A DNA stretch of 63,621 nt, the filler included, from Octopus bimaculoides (lineage: Eukaryota): assembly GCF_001194135.2 (NCBI RefSeq). It is 7 parts of 6 records of this genome, joined end to end, with 100 filler letters (N's around TTAATTAATTAA, not from the genome) between each part and the next. Parts side by side here need not be neighbours in the genome. Positions count along the whole stretch, not along the records: positions 25,920 to 40,489 come from NC_069009.1; positions 40,590 to 53,184 come from NC_068998.1; 5 more parts are not named here. One strand, written 5' to 3'. Positions 36,721-49,300 of this stretch are shown here, piece by piece. The position numbers and the translations under genes are program-made. Below the pieces are notes generated by a model, which was given only the letters and a program-made list of their open reading frames with translations, was not told where the DNA came from and did not search any database. How positions within the stretch are numbered: position 1 is the first letter of the stretch; the number at the start of each line of letters is the position of its first letter.

Positions 36721-37468
36721 ATTATTTGGTTTGACTCAGGTTCAGTCTTCTTCCTGGTAGGATCTATGTGGGTGGTGAGTTACTACCTGTAACTTTAGGT
36801 ATCCACAAGTTTTCTGCAGTCTTTCAAGTGCTTAGAACCCTTCTGATAATCCTAGCTGTCCCTAACAGACAAACTTTCTGTAGGAGCTCTACAAGGTATT
36901 CTATTCCAATCTCCTTCAGCCATTTCGTCTATATCTTTGCTTACTATTCCCAATGCACCAATCATTATAGGCACAACCTTTACAGTTCTCATACTCCAAA
37001 TTTTTCCTATTTCAAATTTTAAGGGATTGTATTTTTTTTTTCTTCCTCTTTCTTTTTGATCCTGGAATCAAACGGGCATGATGGGTTGATTAGTAAACAA
37101 TTTTGCTTTTCCTTATCTATAATTGTTATGTATGGTCTATTATTTTTTAATATCTTGTCTGTTTGGATAGGAAAGTCCCACAAAATCTTACATTTTTCCA
37201 ACACGAGTACTCTTTTGACTCAATGATCGTACCATGTGTTTCCAGCTTCAAATCCCCACTTCTGGCAAAGTTTCCAGTGTAAAACTTTTATAACCCGGTC
37301 GTGCTTCCATTTCTTATATTCTTCTTGTGTCATCTTGGGGCATACAGTGTGTGCCAATGTCTCATTCCAAGTTTCACAGGCTCTACATTTTTCTGACACA
37401 TTCTCTCCATATATATTTTTTCTCAAGCTGTTTGTTTTTATTGCTTGATCTTGGGTTGCTACAATTAT
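36607..37468 (-). mobile_element. R4/Dong-clade LINE 3' end: Zn knuckle, RLE, 3' UTR, duplicated tail with (GAA)n and (TAA)n
   Basis: ATQDQAIKTN..KCRAC..ETLAH..CP..HDRV..LHWKLC; ILWDFPIQTD..NRPYITIIDK; CLLGTARIIRRVLST*. Confidence 0.9.
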
Positions 37469-37795
37469 GGTCTTACTTGACTTGCCAGGTCTTCTCAAGC
37501 ACAGCATATCTCCAGAGGTCTCAGTCACTTGTCATTGCCTCGGTGAGGCCTAATGCTCGAAAGTCGTGCTTCACCACCTCATCTCAGGTCTTCTTGCATC
37601 TACCACTTCCACAGGTTCCCTCAACTGCTAGGGTTTGACACTTTTTCACACAGCAGTCCTCATTCATTCACAACACATGTCCATACCATGTCCCTCTTGC
37701 ATGCCACCTCTGATGTCCAACTTTTCTCTCAGGACACTTACACTCTGTTGTGAATCCACACTGACATTACACATCCAGTGGAGCATACTATGATG
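37469..37795 (-). mobile_element. RTE LINE C-terminal fragment lacking its 3' UTR
   Basis: SMLHWMCNVSV..LREKLDIR..WYGHV..VEGTCGSGRCKKT*DEVVKHDFRALGLTEAMTSD*DLWRYAVLEKTWQVK*. Confidence 0.85.
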
Positions 37796-37829
37796 GAATT
37801 TCCGATAGATGACATAAACATTCAGTACT

Positions 37830-39195
37830 TGCTGATTGACCTGTGCAACTGATTTGTGTGAAGTAATCAGCGTATGTGTTGTATATTAGCTTACTCCGAC
37901 CATCAAATCCACATTGCCTGAACAAGTGTGCAGGGTACCACACAACAGCTGAAGAAGAAGTTGCAGAGCAATATGAGATGAAGCATTTTGCTTAAGAACA
38001 CAATGCCCCAAGTGGTCAAGGAACTGAAAGACCACAAACTCTTGACCATGAGTGCAACATCCTAACCACTGATCATGAGCCCTCATAATAAATATATAGA
38101 TATGTATTATTATATAGCAATCAGAAAATGGAGGGGAATAGGTGGTATTCATCAACTTGCAGACATTGTATTATGTCAATTTACATGTTTATTTGTTAAC
38201 TAAGAGGACAATAATAACAATATACAAACACATGCGACATATTATGTCATATCAGTAATTAAAAAAGGACATTTTGTGACCAAAAATGGGACAATGACTT
38301 ACAGCTGTTTCAGTCTAGGGGTGACATGCCTCATTCTATCTATATAACTTGAGTAGGCTGAAGTAATTGATAGATGAAATAGAGGTACATGGATGATTCG
38401 CTAGGCCTCTTCAGAGATTTTTTATAAAGTTCATGAAGTTAATTTAAAATATCCAAATATAAACATATAAAAATCGTAAAATCTCACATATATATGCATA
38501 CTTTAACATACATAGATATATATAACAGGTTTCTTTCAGTTACCTTCTAACCAAATCCACTCACAAGGCTTTGGTTGGTTCAAAGCTATAGTAGAAGACA
38601 TTTGCCCAAGGTGCCATCATGTGGTGGAACTGAACCTGGGACCATGTGGTTGGGAAGCAAGCTTCTTACCACGACAGGCTTCTTTCAGTTTCCGTCTACC
38701 AAATCCACTCACAAGGCTTTGATCAAGCTGGGGCAGCAGCAGAAGACCCTCACACAAGGTGTCACACATTAGGATTGAACCCAGAAGCATGTGGTTGAGA
38801 AGCAAACTTCTTACCACACCTGAGCCATTAATTAATTGGCACTCCATCGCTTACGACATCGAGGGTTCCAGTTGATCCGATCAACAGAACAGCCTGCTCG
38901 TGAAATTAACGTGCAAGTGGCTGAGCACACCACAGACACGTGCACTCTTAACGTAGTTCTTGGGTATATTCAGCGTGACACAGAGTGTGACAAGGCTGAC
39001 CCTTTGAATTACAGGCACAACAGAAACAGGAAGAAAGAGTGAGAGAAAGTTGTGGTGAAAGAGTACGGCAGGGTTCGCCACCATCCCAGCAGGGTTCGCC
39101 AGAGCCTTGTGGAGCTTTAGGTGTTTTTGCTCAATAAACACTCACAACACCCGGTCTGGGAATCAAAACCGCGAGTCCACTGCCCTAACCACTGG
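37830..39195 (-). mobile_element. SINE cluster: C-like (~37830-38085), B fragments (~38530-38820), family C (~38838-39195)
   Basis: Matches to in-window family copies. Confidence 0.8.
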
Positions 39196-39255
39196 GCTCC
39201 ACCACACCTGAGCCATACACTATTTTAAAAATTTGCAACAGGTCTTTCTGGTCAC

Positions 39256-39473
39256 CTGTTGACTATGAAATCATCACCACCACTACTACCATTATAACGA
39301 ATACTATTCCTACCACCACCACTACTACTGCAAGCGCCATTATGACTACTATCACTGCTGCTGCTGTCATTTCCTAGTTTTCTTTCAATATTTTGAATAT
39401 CACTTAAGCAGGTCATGTCAGCCAGGTAAGTAAGTAATTTAGGCCACGTATTTTCGTTAATGACCGCCGCCAT
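39256..39473 (-). CDS. Candidate first coding exon of an unidentified host gene
   Basis: AAAATGGCGGCG start context; open frame MAAVINENTWPKLLTYLADMTCLSDIQNIERKLGN followed by in-frame Ser/Gly/Asn triplet runs; AG|GTGACC donor just before the in-frame stop (phase 2). No homolog recognised. Confidence 0.5.
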
Positions 39474-39476
39474 TTT
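39467..39476. promoter_or_regulatory. YY1-type motif CCGCCATTTT in a locally CpG-rich patch
   Basis: Sequence match; overlaps the candidate ATG. Confidence 0.4.
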
Positions 39477-39528
39477 AGCAACTTTTAATTTTTATTTTAT
39501 CCTCACCTAATAATTTTCACCTTTTGCT

Positions 39529-39575
<47 letters not shown>

Positions 39576-40069
39576 GTATATATAAAAAATATATACACAC
39601 ACACATAAACACACACTTGTGTGTGNNNNNNNNNNNNNNNNNNNNNNNNNNNNNNNNNNNNNNNNNNNNNNNNNNNNNNNNNNNNNNNNNNNNNNNNNNN
39701 NNNNNNNNNNNNNNNNNNNNNNNNNNNNNNNNNNNNNNNNNNNNNNNNNNNNNNNNNNNNNNNNNNNNNNNNNNNNNNNNNNNNNNNNNNNNNNNNNNNN
39801 NNNNNNNNNNNNNNNNNNNNNNNNNNNNNNNNNNNNNNNNNNNNNNNNNNNNNNNNNNNNNNNNNNNNNNNNNNNNNNNNNNNNNNNNNNNNNNNNNNNN
39901 NNNNNNNNNNNNNNNNNNNNNNNNNNNNNNNNNNNNNNNNNNNNNNNNNNNNNNNNNNNNNNNNNNNNNNNNNNNNNNTATATATATATTTATAGACGAA
40001 CTTATTACTGAAAGATTTATAGATACACACACACATATGCGCGTGTGTATCTATTATATATATATATAC

Positions 40070-40102
<33 letters not shown>

Positions 40103-40449
40103 CATGTATAGTGTTTATAGTTTGGTCAGCTTTCCGAAGGACACACCTGCTATATAATTTTTAAGGTGTATTTGTTTTATATATTACTAACAATAGCGTA
40201 CCTGTATGTATAACCTATATATATATATATAGATATATATTTACGTTTTGCTTGTATATAGATTTCTCTCTCTGTATATATATAAAATGTGTATATTGTG
40301 TTTACAGTTTGATTTCTTTTTCTAAGGACACACCTGTAGCTATATAATCTGTAGATAAATGTGTAATATAATCTGTAGATACTTGTGTGTGTGTGTGTGT
40401 GAATAATTTTATGTATTACTATAACGTATCAGTATATATTTACGCTTTA

Positions 40450-40489
<40 letters not shown>

Positions 40490-40599
40490 NNNNNNNNNNN
40501 NNNNNNNNNNNNNNNNNNNNNNNNNNNNNNNNNTTAATTAATTAANNNNNNNNNNNNNNNNNNNNNNNNNNNNNNNNNNNNNNNNNNNNTATATGTATG

Positions 40600-40638
<39 letters not shown>

Positions 40639-42639
40639 ATATAACTCGACAAAAATTTGGAAGATAGGAAACAAAAAACGGAATACTGACAAATGAGAAC
40701 GATTCAGGTAAAATGTATTAAAGAATACTTAGACTTTACAAACTCAGCTCCATAATTTCTTGCATAGGAATCAGATGAATTGTCTTAAAGCTTGTGTGTG
40801 TACATGCACGCTTCGATTTCTATAACATCGCAAGTATGCATATTTTTCTAGTTTATTTACATTTTAACACACTCACAAACACTCATTCACTCACACATAC
40901 AGAAATATATGATTATAGAATCATTATTTGAATTTTTTCTTCATATGGAATATTATGTATTTTAAAATTAGTGTGGTGAGAAAATTTCGGTTCGTAAAGT
41001 AGTTGTTACCTCAAGTTTAATGACTGTTTACGTTCATTTGCGATTTAAAATCAAACGCATTCCTGGTATATGCTCTGATGTACATATTCTAGAAATACTA
41101 GTTTATTATTATTATTATTTTGTTGTTTCTAGAGGAAGGATGTTCGTGTTCTAGTTTTTCATTCAACCGATAACAGATGAATATACATTCACACTCTCCA
41201 CCTAAACAAAGATACATATTTTCCAGTGTGCGTTTGTGTTTGTAAGGATGCATTTTTATCTCAATGAAAAATTATACAAAAGATTTGCTCACATCACAAC
41301 ATATAGATCTGCATTAATTCTTGAGGAATAATTACGGATTTGAAACCCATTCCCTTTTCTGTGCCATTTCATAATTTGAATAGATATTTTTCTAAGTAGA
41401 TATACAGGTTTTATGCCAAACATTTTGATTGTGAAAGACATAATTCCTATTCACATTTCACTGATTCATTTTATATAAATGAGCCATTTTATATAAGCAG
41501 CAACGCGTCTTACGTCCTACTTTAATCTTGATATACATGCGTGTAGCGTTTTATGCGACAAACTTTTAGTAGATTCAGAAAATGTTTTTGGTTTATACAA
41601 TGATTTAGAGAGAAGTGAAATTTGAGAACAGCGTAAAACTTTTCGTATCAGAATATAAAGAAGATATTGTATTGTGTGAGAAGCTATTGCTGAAGGCTGT
41701 ATTTAAAATTTAATAGCATCTTGGGGAAACTAAATGGCTAGATATGACAAGAATACAAATAGACAGTTTTGTCTCTCAATTGTTAGGTAGCATTGAGAAG
41801 TTGGAAAATGGTAATGAGAATAAAGGGGTTTAAAATGATTATTGTAAAAGCAATAGGCTATTTAGTAAGATGCACACGTTTCAGATTGGATAGCTAATTA
41901 GACGAAGAGTTCAGGAGAAATGTGAAGTGTTCACTTTGGAAGAATGATTCAGTTCAAGAGAAACTCGAAGAAATTAATCGCTTTAATAAAATAATTCTAA
42001 AGTTCCTGTGAAACAAGTATTACTAATTTCAGAAAACATTACAATCGATCAAAACGAGAAGAAAAATATGAAAATTACCTCTGACAATAAAATTTTAAAA
42101 TCGCATTTCAAACACTTCCATTGCTACAAGTGGACAACTAAAACTAACTGTTTTTGTTTAGCTTTGGTTTTTCATTAATGAGGATTGAATGAATGAGTTT
42201 CTTTGTAGGGTGTATGTCTGAGTGATTCACTGACCGGTTTTGTCCATTCAATAAAAGTCAGTGTGCGCAAAAATGAAATCTTCAGCCGTGCACAACTTTC
42301 TTGTGGCAAAGGAATGTGCTCAGTGAATGTTAAGTAATTAATATTTATAACATTATTTTAGTTACAAACTTTCTGTGATCACATTAATATACACAATTTT
42401 CATTGGTGAGTTATAAGAGAACATGTATCTATACGTACACGGGTAGTGTTTAGAGAGAATTGTACCTTGCGTATTTTAATATCCGTTGAATATTATATAC
42501 TAGAAACAGTGCTTTAAATGTTTTTCTTAGCTTCGTTGTTAAACTAAGGACAAGCACTAACACTTAGCATTTACTCGAATTTTATGCAAATTTCCAAAAC
42601 CTTCAAATGGCAAACTTCATTATAACATCAGTTAGGGCT

Positions 42640-43375
42640 GAGCGTGTTTAACTTTCGACTCGCAATATACTAGGTCCCTGTTTCAACTCAAATCACAGCA
42701 CCGTGTGCAATTGTCGCAATGAAATACGATCGGGGTAAAAGAGAGAGAACAACACCTTACGTTGGTCAATACCTTCTTTAGCCTGATATGCCAGTGTTTC
42801 TCATTTCCCTGCCCACTATCTTCGGCGCATGACATTTTTATAGAGAAGCCATTTCTCGTCACCTGTCACTATTTGATCCAAAATAGGTTCATTTGTGAGA
42901 TGTAACAACAAAGAGCACACATTAACTTCATGGGCTTCTCCACTAATTCCTCAACAGTTATGATGGGATTTTGTTCCACAAGGGTTTGCAGGACGTCCTC
43001 GTCGAGCTCTACAGATATTTCAGGACGAAGCTCGTCTTCCAGGCCTTAGTTTCAGGCTCGGAATTTCTGGAACCACAGTTGAGATTGGTCTACGCTTATT
43101 GTCCGATCTGCATTAATAGTCATCGCACTTTCCGTTGTGTTGTTGCCTTTATTGAACTCATAAGGCAAAATATGCCGAATATGCTCGTTTGTCACTTCTA
43201 TTATGGCTTTGTAAAAGAGCATGCATTATTTATCGGATGACACAATATATATATATAAGTAAATCAGTTGACAAATGAATAAACGATTATCTTAATAAAC
43301 TTCAAAACTTCATTAACTTCATTCGGAGGCTGGATCAAATATGACGTGCAAATTATTTGGGAAATGAATGACATT
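42640..43375 (-). mobile_element. Decayed mariner (SETMAR-like transposase)
   Basis: EHIRHILPYEFNKGNN..WFQKFR..LEDE..ELDEDVLQTLVEQNP; EPILDQIVTGDEKWLLY. Confidence 0.85.
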
Positions 43376-43630
43376 TATACACACACACATACATACATTT
43401 ATACACACACACATACATACATTTATACACACACACATACATACATATATACATACAAACATATATATCTATATATCTGTATCCGTCTATCTCTCTCTNN
43501 NNNNNNNNNNNNNNNNNNNNNNNNNNNNNNNNNNNNNNNNNNNNNNNNNNNNNNNNNNNNNNNNNNNNNNNNNNNNTCTCTGTCTCTCTCTGTCTCTCTC
43601 TGTCTCTCTCTGTCTCTCTCTGTCTCTCTG

Positions 43631-43665
<35 letters not shown>

Positions 43666-43829
43666 GAATAAGAAAAAGCATTACCACCGAGAAATCAAAT
43701 AGGTTCCTGGAGGTTGGAAGTCTCTGACTCTTCCCATAAAAATATATATTAGATTGTTTGTTATGGCCGGTTAGAGAGGGACTATTGCTTTCGCACTTAT
43801 AAAATGTATAGGTGACTCGTCTGACACAG

Positions 43830-44330
43830 TTGACTTGGTGCACATTTTATTGTGAGTCCGGGTCAATGTGATGAACACAACACTCATCCTGGTTTAGGGA
43901 ACTTTCAAGGAAACCAGCTAGATCTGCCTCAAGCAATGTCAAATTTTCTCATCATGTGATCTGCTTGGTGCGCTTTTCATCAGGTGTCAGAAGATGTGGC
44001 ATCCACTGAGTGCTAAGTTCATTGTGCAGGATAATCTCAACTGTTTCAGAGTATTTGCTAATAGCATTGGCTATTTGATTTATAGTCAATCGTCTATCAT
44101 CCATCACGATGTGGAGAATAAGGTCAATGTTTTCCTTAGCGGTGACAGTTGCAGGACGTCCAGGTCTTGGGTCACCTTCAAGACTCTCCCTTCCCCTCCC
44201 AAATTCAGTCGCTCACTTTTGCACTGCTGATAAAGCCGAAGCGGAGCATTCTTCCTTAATGAAGCAGTCATGTGAACAGAAATTCCTTTTCTGTATGTAC
44301 TTGATAAAAACACGTTGCCAGATTTGGTTT
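43830..44330 (-). mobile_element. Decayed mariner, a third family
   Basis: ALSAVQK..EFGRGRESLEGDPRPGRPATVTAKENIDLILHIVMDDRRLTINQIANAIS; EADLAGFLESSLNQDECCVHH. Confidence 0.85.
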
Positions 44331-44861
44331 ATGCTTTTAAAAAATAGTCGCTATTTGAAATGTTCTTTGAACAGTCAGATATAAGTTAACTCGAACAGGA
44401 ACAATGCAGTTATTTATAGAAGTTGAAATTAATGCACGCAAAATTTCACAGTTGTAGCCTTGAGTGTGCAGTAGAGAGAAGCTAAAAGACGCTCGTCGTA
44501 TATATANNNNNNNNNNNNNNNNNNNNNNNNNNNNNNNNNNNNNNNNNNNNNNNNNNNNNNNNNNNNNNNNNNNNNNNNNNNNNNNNNNNNNNNNNNNNNN
44601 NNNNNNNNNNNNNNNNNNNNNNNNNNNNNNNNNNNNNNNNNNNNNNNNNNNNNNNNNNNNNNNNNNNNNNNNNNNNNNNNNNNNNNNNNNNNNNNNNNNN
44701 NNNNNNNNNNNNNNNNNNNNNNNNNNNNNNNNNNNNNNNNNNNNNNNNNNNNNNNNNNNNNNNNNNNNNNNNNNNNNNNNNNNNNNNNNNNNNNNNNNNN
44801 NNNNNNNNNNNNNNNNNNNNNNNNNNNNNNNNNNNNNNNNNNNNNNNNNNNNNNNNNNNNN

Positions 44862-44893
<32 letters not shown>

Positions 44894-45944
44894 TGTGTGT
44901 GTGTGTGTGTGTGTGCATGTGCATGTCTCTATGTGCGTTTTAATGTTTGTGTTATTTTTCTTCCCCACCCTATTAACAACTGCTGTTAGTTTTTTTTGTG
45001 TGTCCATAACTTAACGGTTCAGCAGATAGATCGATATAATAATTAGCACACTGAATAATACGTACTGAGGTCGATTTGTTCCGCCCCCTTCAGATCAGTG
45101 TCCCAGTATGCCCGCAGTAAAATGAATGAAACAAAAGGTAAAATAAGAAATACAGAGATAATTTAAATAAACAATTTTATCAACCTAAAAACACTGTATA
45201 ATAAAGAAAAGAATAAATGAAAATTAGAATAACCTTTTCTAGTGTTATTTTGTGTGTAGATCACACATATAACGTTCGTTTCTTTCTGTGACCCTCGAAT
45301 GTCTCGTATATTACCATCTTACTTACGTTAAATACACTGATGTTTCCGTAGGATTTGAGTGCAAACAGGTTTGGGCCGAAACTGACAACTCTATAAGTTA
45401 TGAACGGATTTCAATATAATTTTATTAGGGTGTTCCTAAGTTATTTGTCAACCTAACGCATGAAAATTATAAACGTACGCTTAATATGTTTATATGGGTC
45501 GAAATTCATGGTAAATTTGACAAAAAAAAAAACAAACAAACACACGTCACCACCCAATCTGAACTCAATGATTTACTTTGTGATATAACACTTACTAAGC
45601 AACAGAGTGAAGTCCTGGCCTCACGTCGGCAACATTGGAATCTGTTGGATAAAGATGCTTGAATTACAGTATTTAGGAAGTGTTCTGCAGATCTACAGCA
45701 ATTAATTACACTATATGCATTATCTCAAAGATATGAAGCTAGAATAAAAGTGTTTTTTATGCAAAAGATCATGCAACTCCAACAAATAAGTTTTATTTTT
45801 AATTTGCACAATCTACTCCAAGACTATTTTAAATTAGTTTAAATATGAGTTAGGTATCATTCGTCAGAATAGTTGTCCGAGACAAGAACCAATTCTGTTA
45901 AGTTTACTCCTGAAATTCCACTTATTAATATTGGTTTTAAATTG

Positions 45945-46355
45945 GGACACAACGCCAGATATTTCGTAAGAGGGGTAACTCGATTACATCGACCCCAATG
46001 CTCAACTGCTACTTATTTTATCGACCGCGAAAGGATGAAGAGAAAAGCCAACCCCGGTGAAATTTGAATTCAGAACGTAAAGATGGACGAATACCCATAT
46101 GTATTTTGTCCGGCATGCTAACAAATCTGCCAGCTCACTGCCTTGGTAAGCACAAATAATAACCTTTCTACTGGAGAGACAAGGCCTCGAATTTGTGGGG
46201 AGGAGTGTAGTCGATTACATGGACCCCAGTACGCAACTAGTACTTAATTTATCGACCCTCAAAAGGATGAAAGGCAAAGCCGACTGCGGCGGAATTTGAA
46301 CGGGCGAAATACTACTAAGCATTTCGTTCAACATCTTAACAATTCTGCCACCTCA
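45945..46355 (-). mobile_element. Two tandem SINE family A copies
   Basis: Reverse-complement match to 13787-14170. Confidence 0.85.
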
Positions 46356-48279
46356 TAAGCTCAAATAATAACTTGACAGAAAGTCTTATAGAAACATTCT
46401 GTGTCATAGAAAAGCAAAAGAAAACATGCAAATGCATTCTGTTTATGGAAAATTCTTCAGACAGCCAACATTATATCTTAAGTAGTTTACACTTGGGAAA
46501 TATTAGAAGTCAATAAAGTGCTTATGAAATACAGGCGTTCACTACATGGTTCGGGTATTAAACTCAAATTATCGTTTTAATACCTATTTTGTTCAATACT
46601 GACATTGAAAAGAAATAAATCAAAGCCATCCTTTCGTTTTTAGATGCTAAGATATGTAAACGATATATGTTTTTGGGTACGTAACTTTGAAACTCTGAAT
46701 GAAAAAAATTATATTTCCGATAAGGTCATACCATTTACTAAGATTTTGATTTATAGTATCCTATAACTATTACGTCAAAATTTGAAGATAACGCTGAATT
46801 GGTGATGTGGTATATTTATCTGAGGTAAGAATATATCGTGTAATGAAAAACTATTGAATTTGGGGATAAAATCAGGAACATATAGTCTTTTTATTATATA
46901 TATATATATATATATATATNNNNNNNNNNNNNNNNNNNNNNNNNNNNNNNNNNNNNNNNNNNNNNNNNNNNNNNNNNNNNNNNNNNNNNNNNNNNNNNNN
47001 NNNNNNNNNNNNNNNNNNNNNNNNNNNNNNNNNNNNNNNNNNNNNNNNNNNNNNNNNNNNNNNNNNNNNNNNNNNNNNNNNNNNNNNNNNNNNNNNNNNN
47101 NNNNNNNNNNNNNNNNNNNNNNNNNNNNNNNNNNNNNNNNNNNNNNNNNNNNNNNNNNNNNNNNNNNNNNNNNNNNNNNNNNNNNNNNNNNNNNNNNNNN
47201 NNNNNNNNNNNNNNNNNNNNNNNNNNNNNNNNNNNNNNNNNNNNNNNNNNNNNNNNNNNNNNNNNNNNNNNNNNNNNNNNNNNNNNNNNNNNNNNNNNNN
47301 NNNNNNNNNNNNNNNNNNNNNNNNNNNNNNNNNNNNNNNNNNNNNNNNNNNNNNNNNNNNNNNNNNNNNNNNNNNNNNNNNNNNNNNNNNNNNNNNNNNN
47401 NNNNNNNNNNNNNNNNNNNNNNNNNNNNNNNNNNNNNNNNNNNNNNNNNNNNNNNNNNNNNNNNNNNNNNNNNNNNNNNNNNNNNNNNNNNNNNNNNNNN
47501 NNNNNNNNNNNNNNNNNNNNNNNNNNNNNNNNNNNNNNNNNNNNNNNNNNNNNNNNNNNNNNNNNNNNNNNNNNNNNNNNNNNNNNNNNNNNNNNNNNNN
47601 NNNNNNNNNNNNNNNNNNNNNNNNNNNNNNNNNNNNNNNNNNNNNNNNNNNNNNNNNNNNNNNNNNNNNNNNNNNNNNATATCCTTCAGCAAATATGCAT
47701 TCTCTCTCTCTCTCTCTCTTTGGAGGAACACACACGCACCTATACACATGTCCATGCACACACACACATACACACACACTTACATCCACACCCCCCCCAT
47801 TCACATACCCTACAGACTGCCTCTCAAGCACCCTACTGCTGACCATCCCATCTACGCACATGTGCAAAAACACTACACAAAAACAACGACACCTTTTACG
47901 ACGACATTAACAAACACAAAGATTATTCACATATACACATATAAATCGTTGATACTACACACATCACACACGCACACACACACAGTTACCACACACAGTT
48001 ATGATACACACACAGTTACCACTACACGCACTCACAATCACGCATACAGTTACTGTCATACACGCACACACACGGACACAGTTACTGCCACTCCCACATA
48101 CGCTATATTACACACACACATATACCACTACCATCTTACGCGCACACACAGGCACATAATTACTGCCACACACACACACACACACGCTACCGTATACACA
48201 CACAGACGCTATCACACATACACGCGCCCACACGCACGCACACACTCACACATACACAGCTACCAACCTTTTTTACACT

Positions 48280-48510
48280 CTCCAGTCTCAGAAAGCACAT
48301 TCTCTTTGTCCATCGACTTCCGAGCATTCCAAAATGTAACTCCATGTGGGTTGGCGATTTTTTTCTTCCGTTTTCCTTTTCTTTTGAAATTTCCTCTGTC
48401 TCTCGTTTCTGAAGAAGAGCTTTGCTCGAAACGTGAAACAGCCTTTCTTTCCTTTCCTGAGCTTCTTATTTATACTTTGCATGTACCACGTGCTCGCGTT
48501 GTTGTTATTN
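48280..48510 (+). mobile_element. Probable Penelope-type terminal repeat with a hammerhead-like motif
   Basis: GTTT-CTGAAGA-A-GAGCTTTGCTC-GAAACGTG-AAAC at 48405-48439. Confidence 0.55.
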
Positions 48511-48837
48511 NNNNNNNNNNNNNNNNNNNNNNNNNNNNNNNNNNNNNNNNNNNNNNNNNNNNNNNNNNNNNNNNNNNNNNNNNNNNNNNNNNNNNNNNNN
48601 NNNNNNNNNNNNNNNNNNNNNNNNNNNNNNNNNNNNNNNNNNNNNNNNNNNNNNNNNNNNNNNNNNNNNNNNNNNNNNNNNNNNNNNNNNNNNNNNNNNN
48701 NNNNNNNNNNNGTGTGTGTGTGTGTTACGTCCTGGCTGCTGCCAAATTTTTCTGCTTTTAAAAATGATTTTATTCTTTGTATATATACAGTTGAGTATTT
48801 ACGCGTTGAATATTAAAAAAAATATCTTTCTACTTAT

Positions 48838-48874
<37 letters not shown>

Positions 48875-48904
48875 ATATATATATATTGGTGTGCGTGTGT
48901 GTGT

Positions 48905-49300
48905 ATGTGTGCTTTAAAGGGATGTGTGGTAAGAAGCAAGCTTCCCAACCACGGTTCCCAGTTCAGTCCCACTGTGTGGCACCTTCGGCAACTAGCTTCT
49001 ACGGGCCGACCAAAGCCTTGTGAGTGTATTTAATAGAAAGAAACTAAAAGAAGCCCGTCGTATATGTATGCATATATTTATGTGTTGGTCTTTGTGCTTG
49101 TTTGTCCTCCACCATCGCTTGACGATCTATGCTGGTCCGTTTGCATCCCCGTTGCCTTGTGGTACGGCAAAAGTGACTGATTGAGTACCAGGCTTACAAA
49201 GAATAAGTCCTAGGGTCGCTTTCTTCGACTAAAAGGGCGATGGTCCAGCATGACAGCAGTCAAACGACTGAAGGAAGTAAAAGAATAAAAGAATAAAAGA
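48905..49300 (+). mobile_element. SINE family B copy
   Basis: Head, core and tail match the other copies. Confidence 0.9.

Noticed and set aside
39421-39430. Minus-strand ACTTACCTGG resembling the U1 snRNA 5' end, or a perfect + strand donor CAG|GTAAGT
   Set aside because: Only 10 nt match with no U1 body, and it is explained by codons of the candidate minus-strand exon. A + strand micro-exon cannot be fully excluded.
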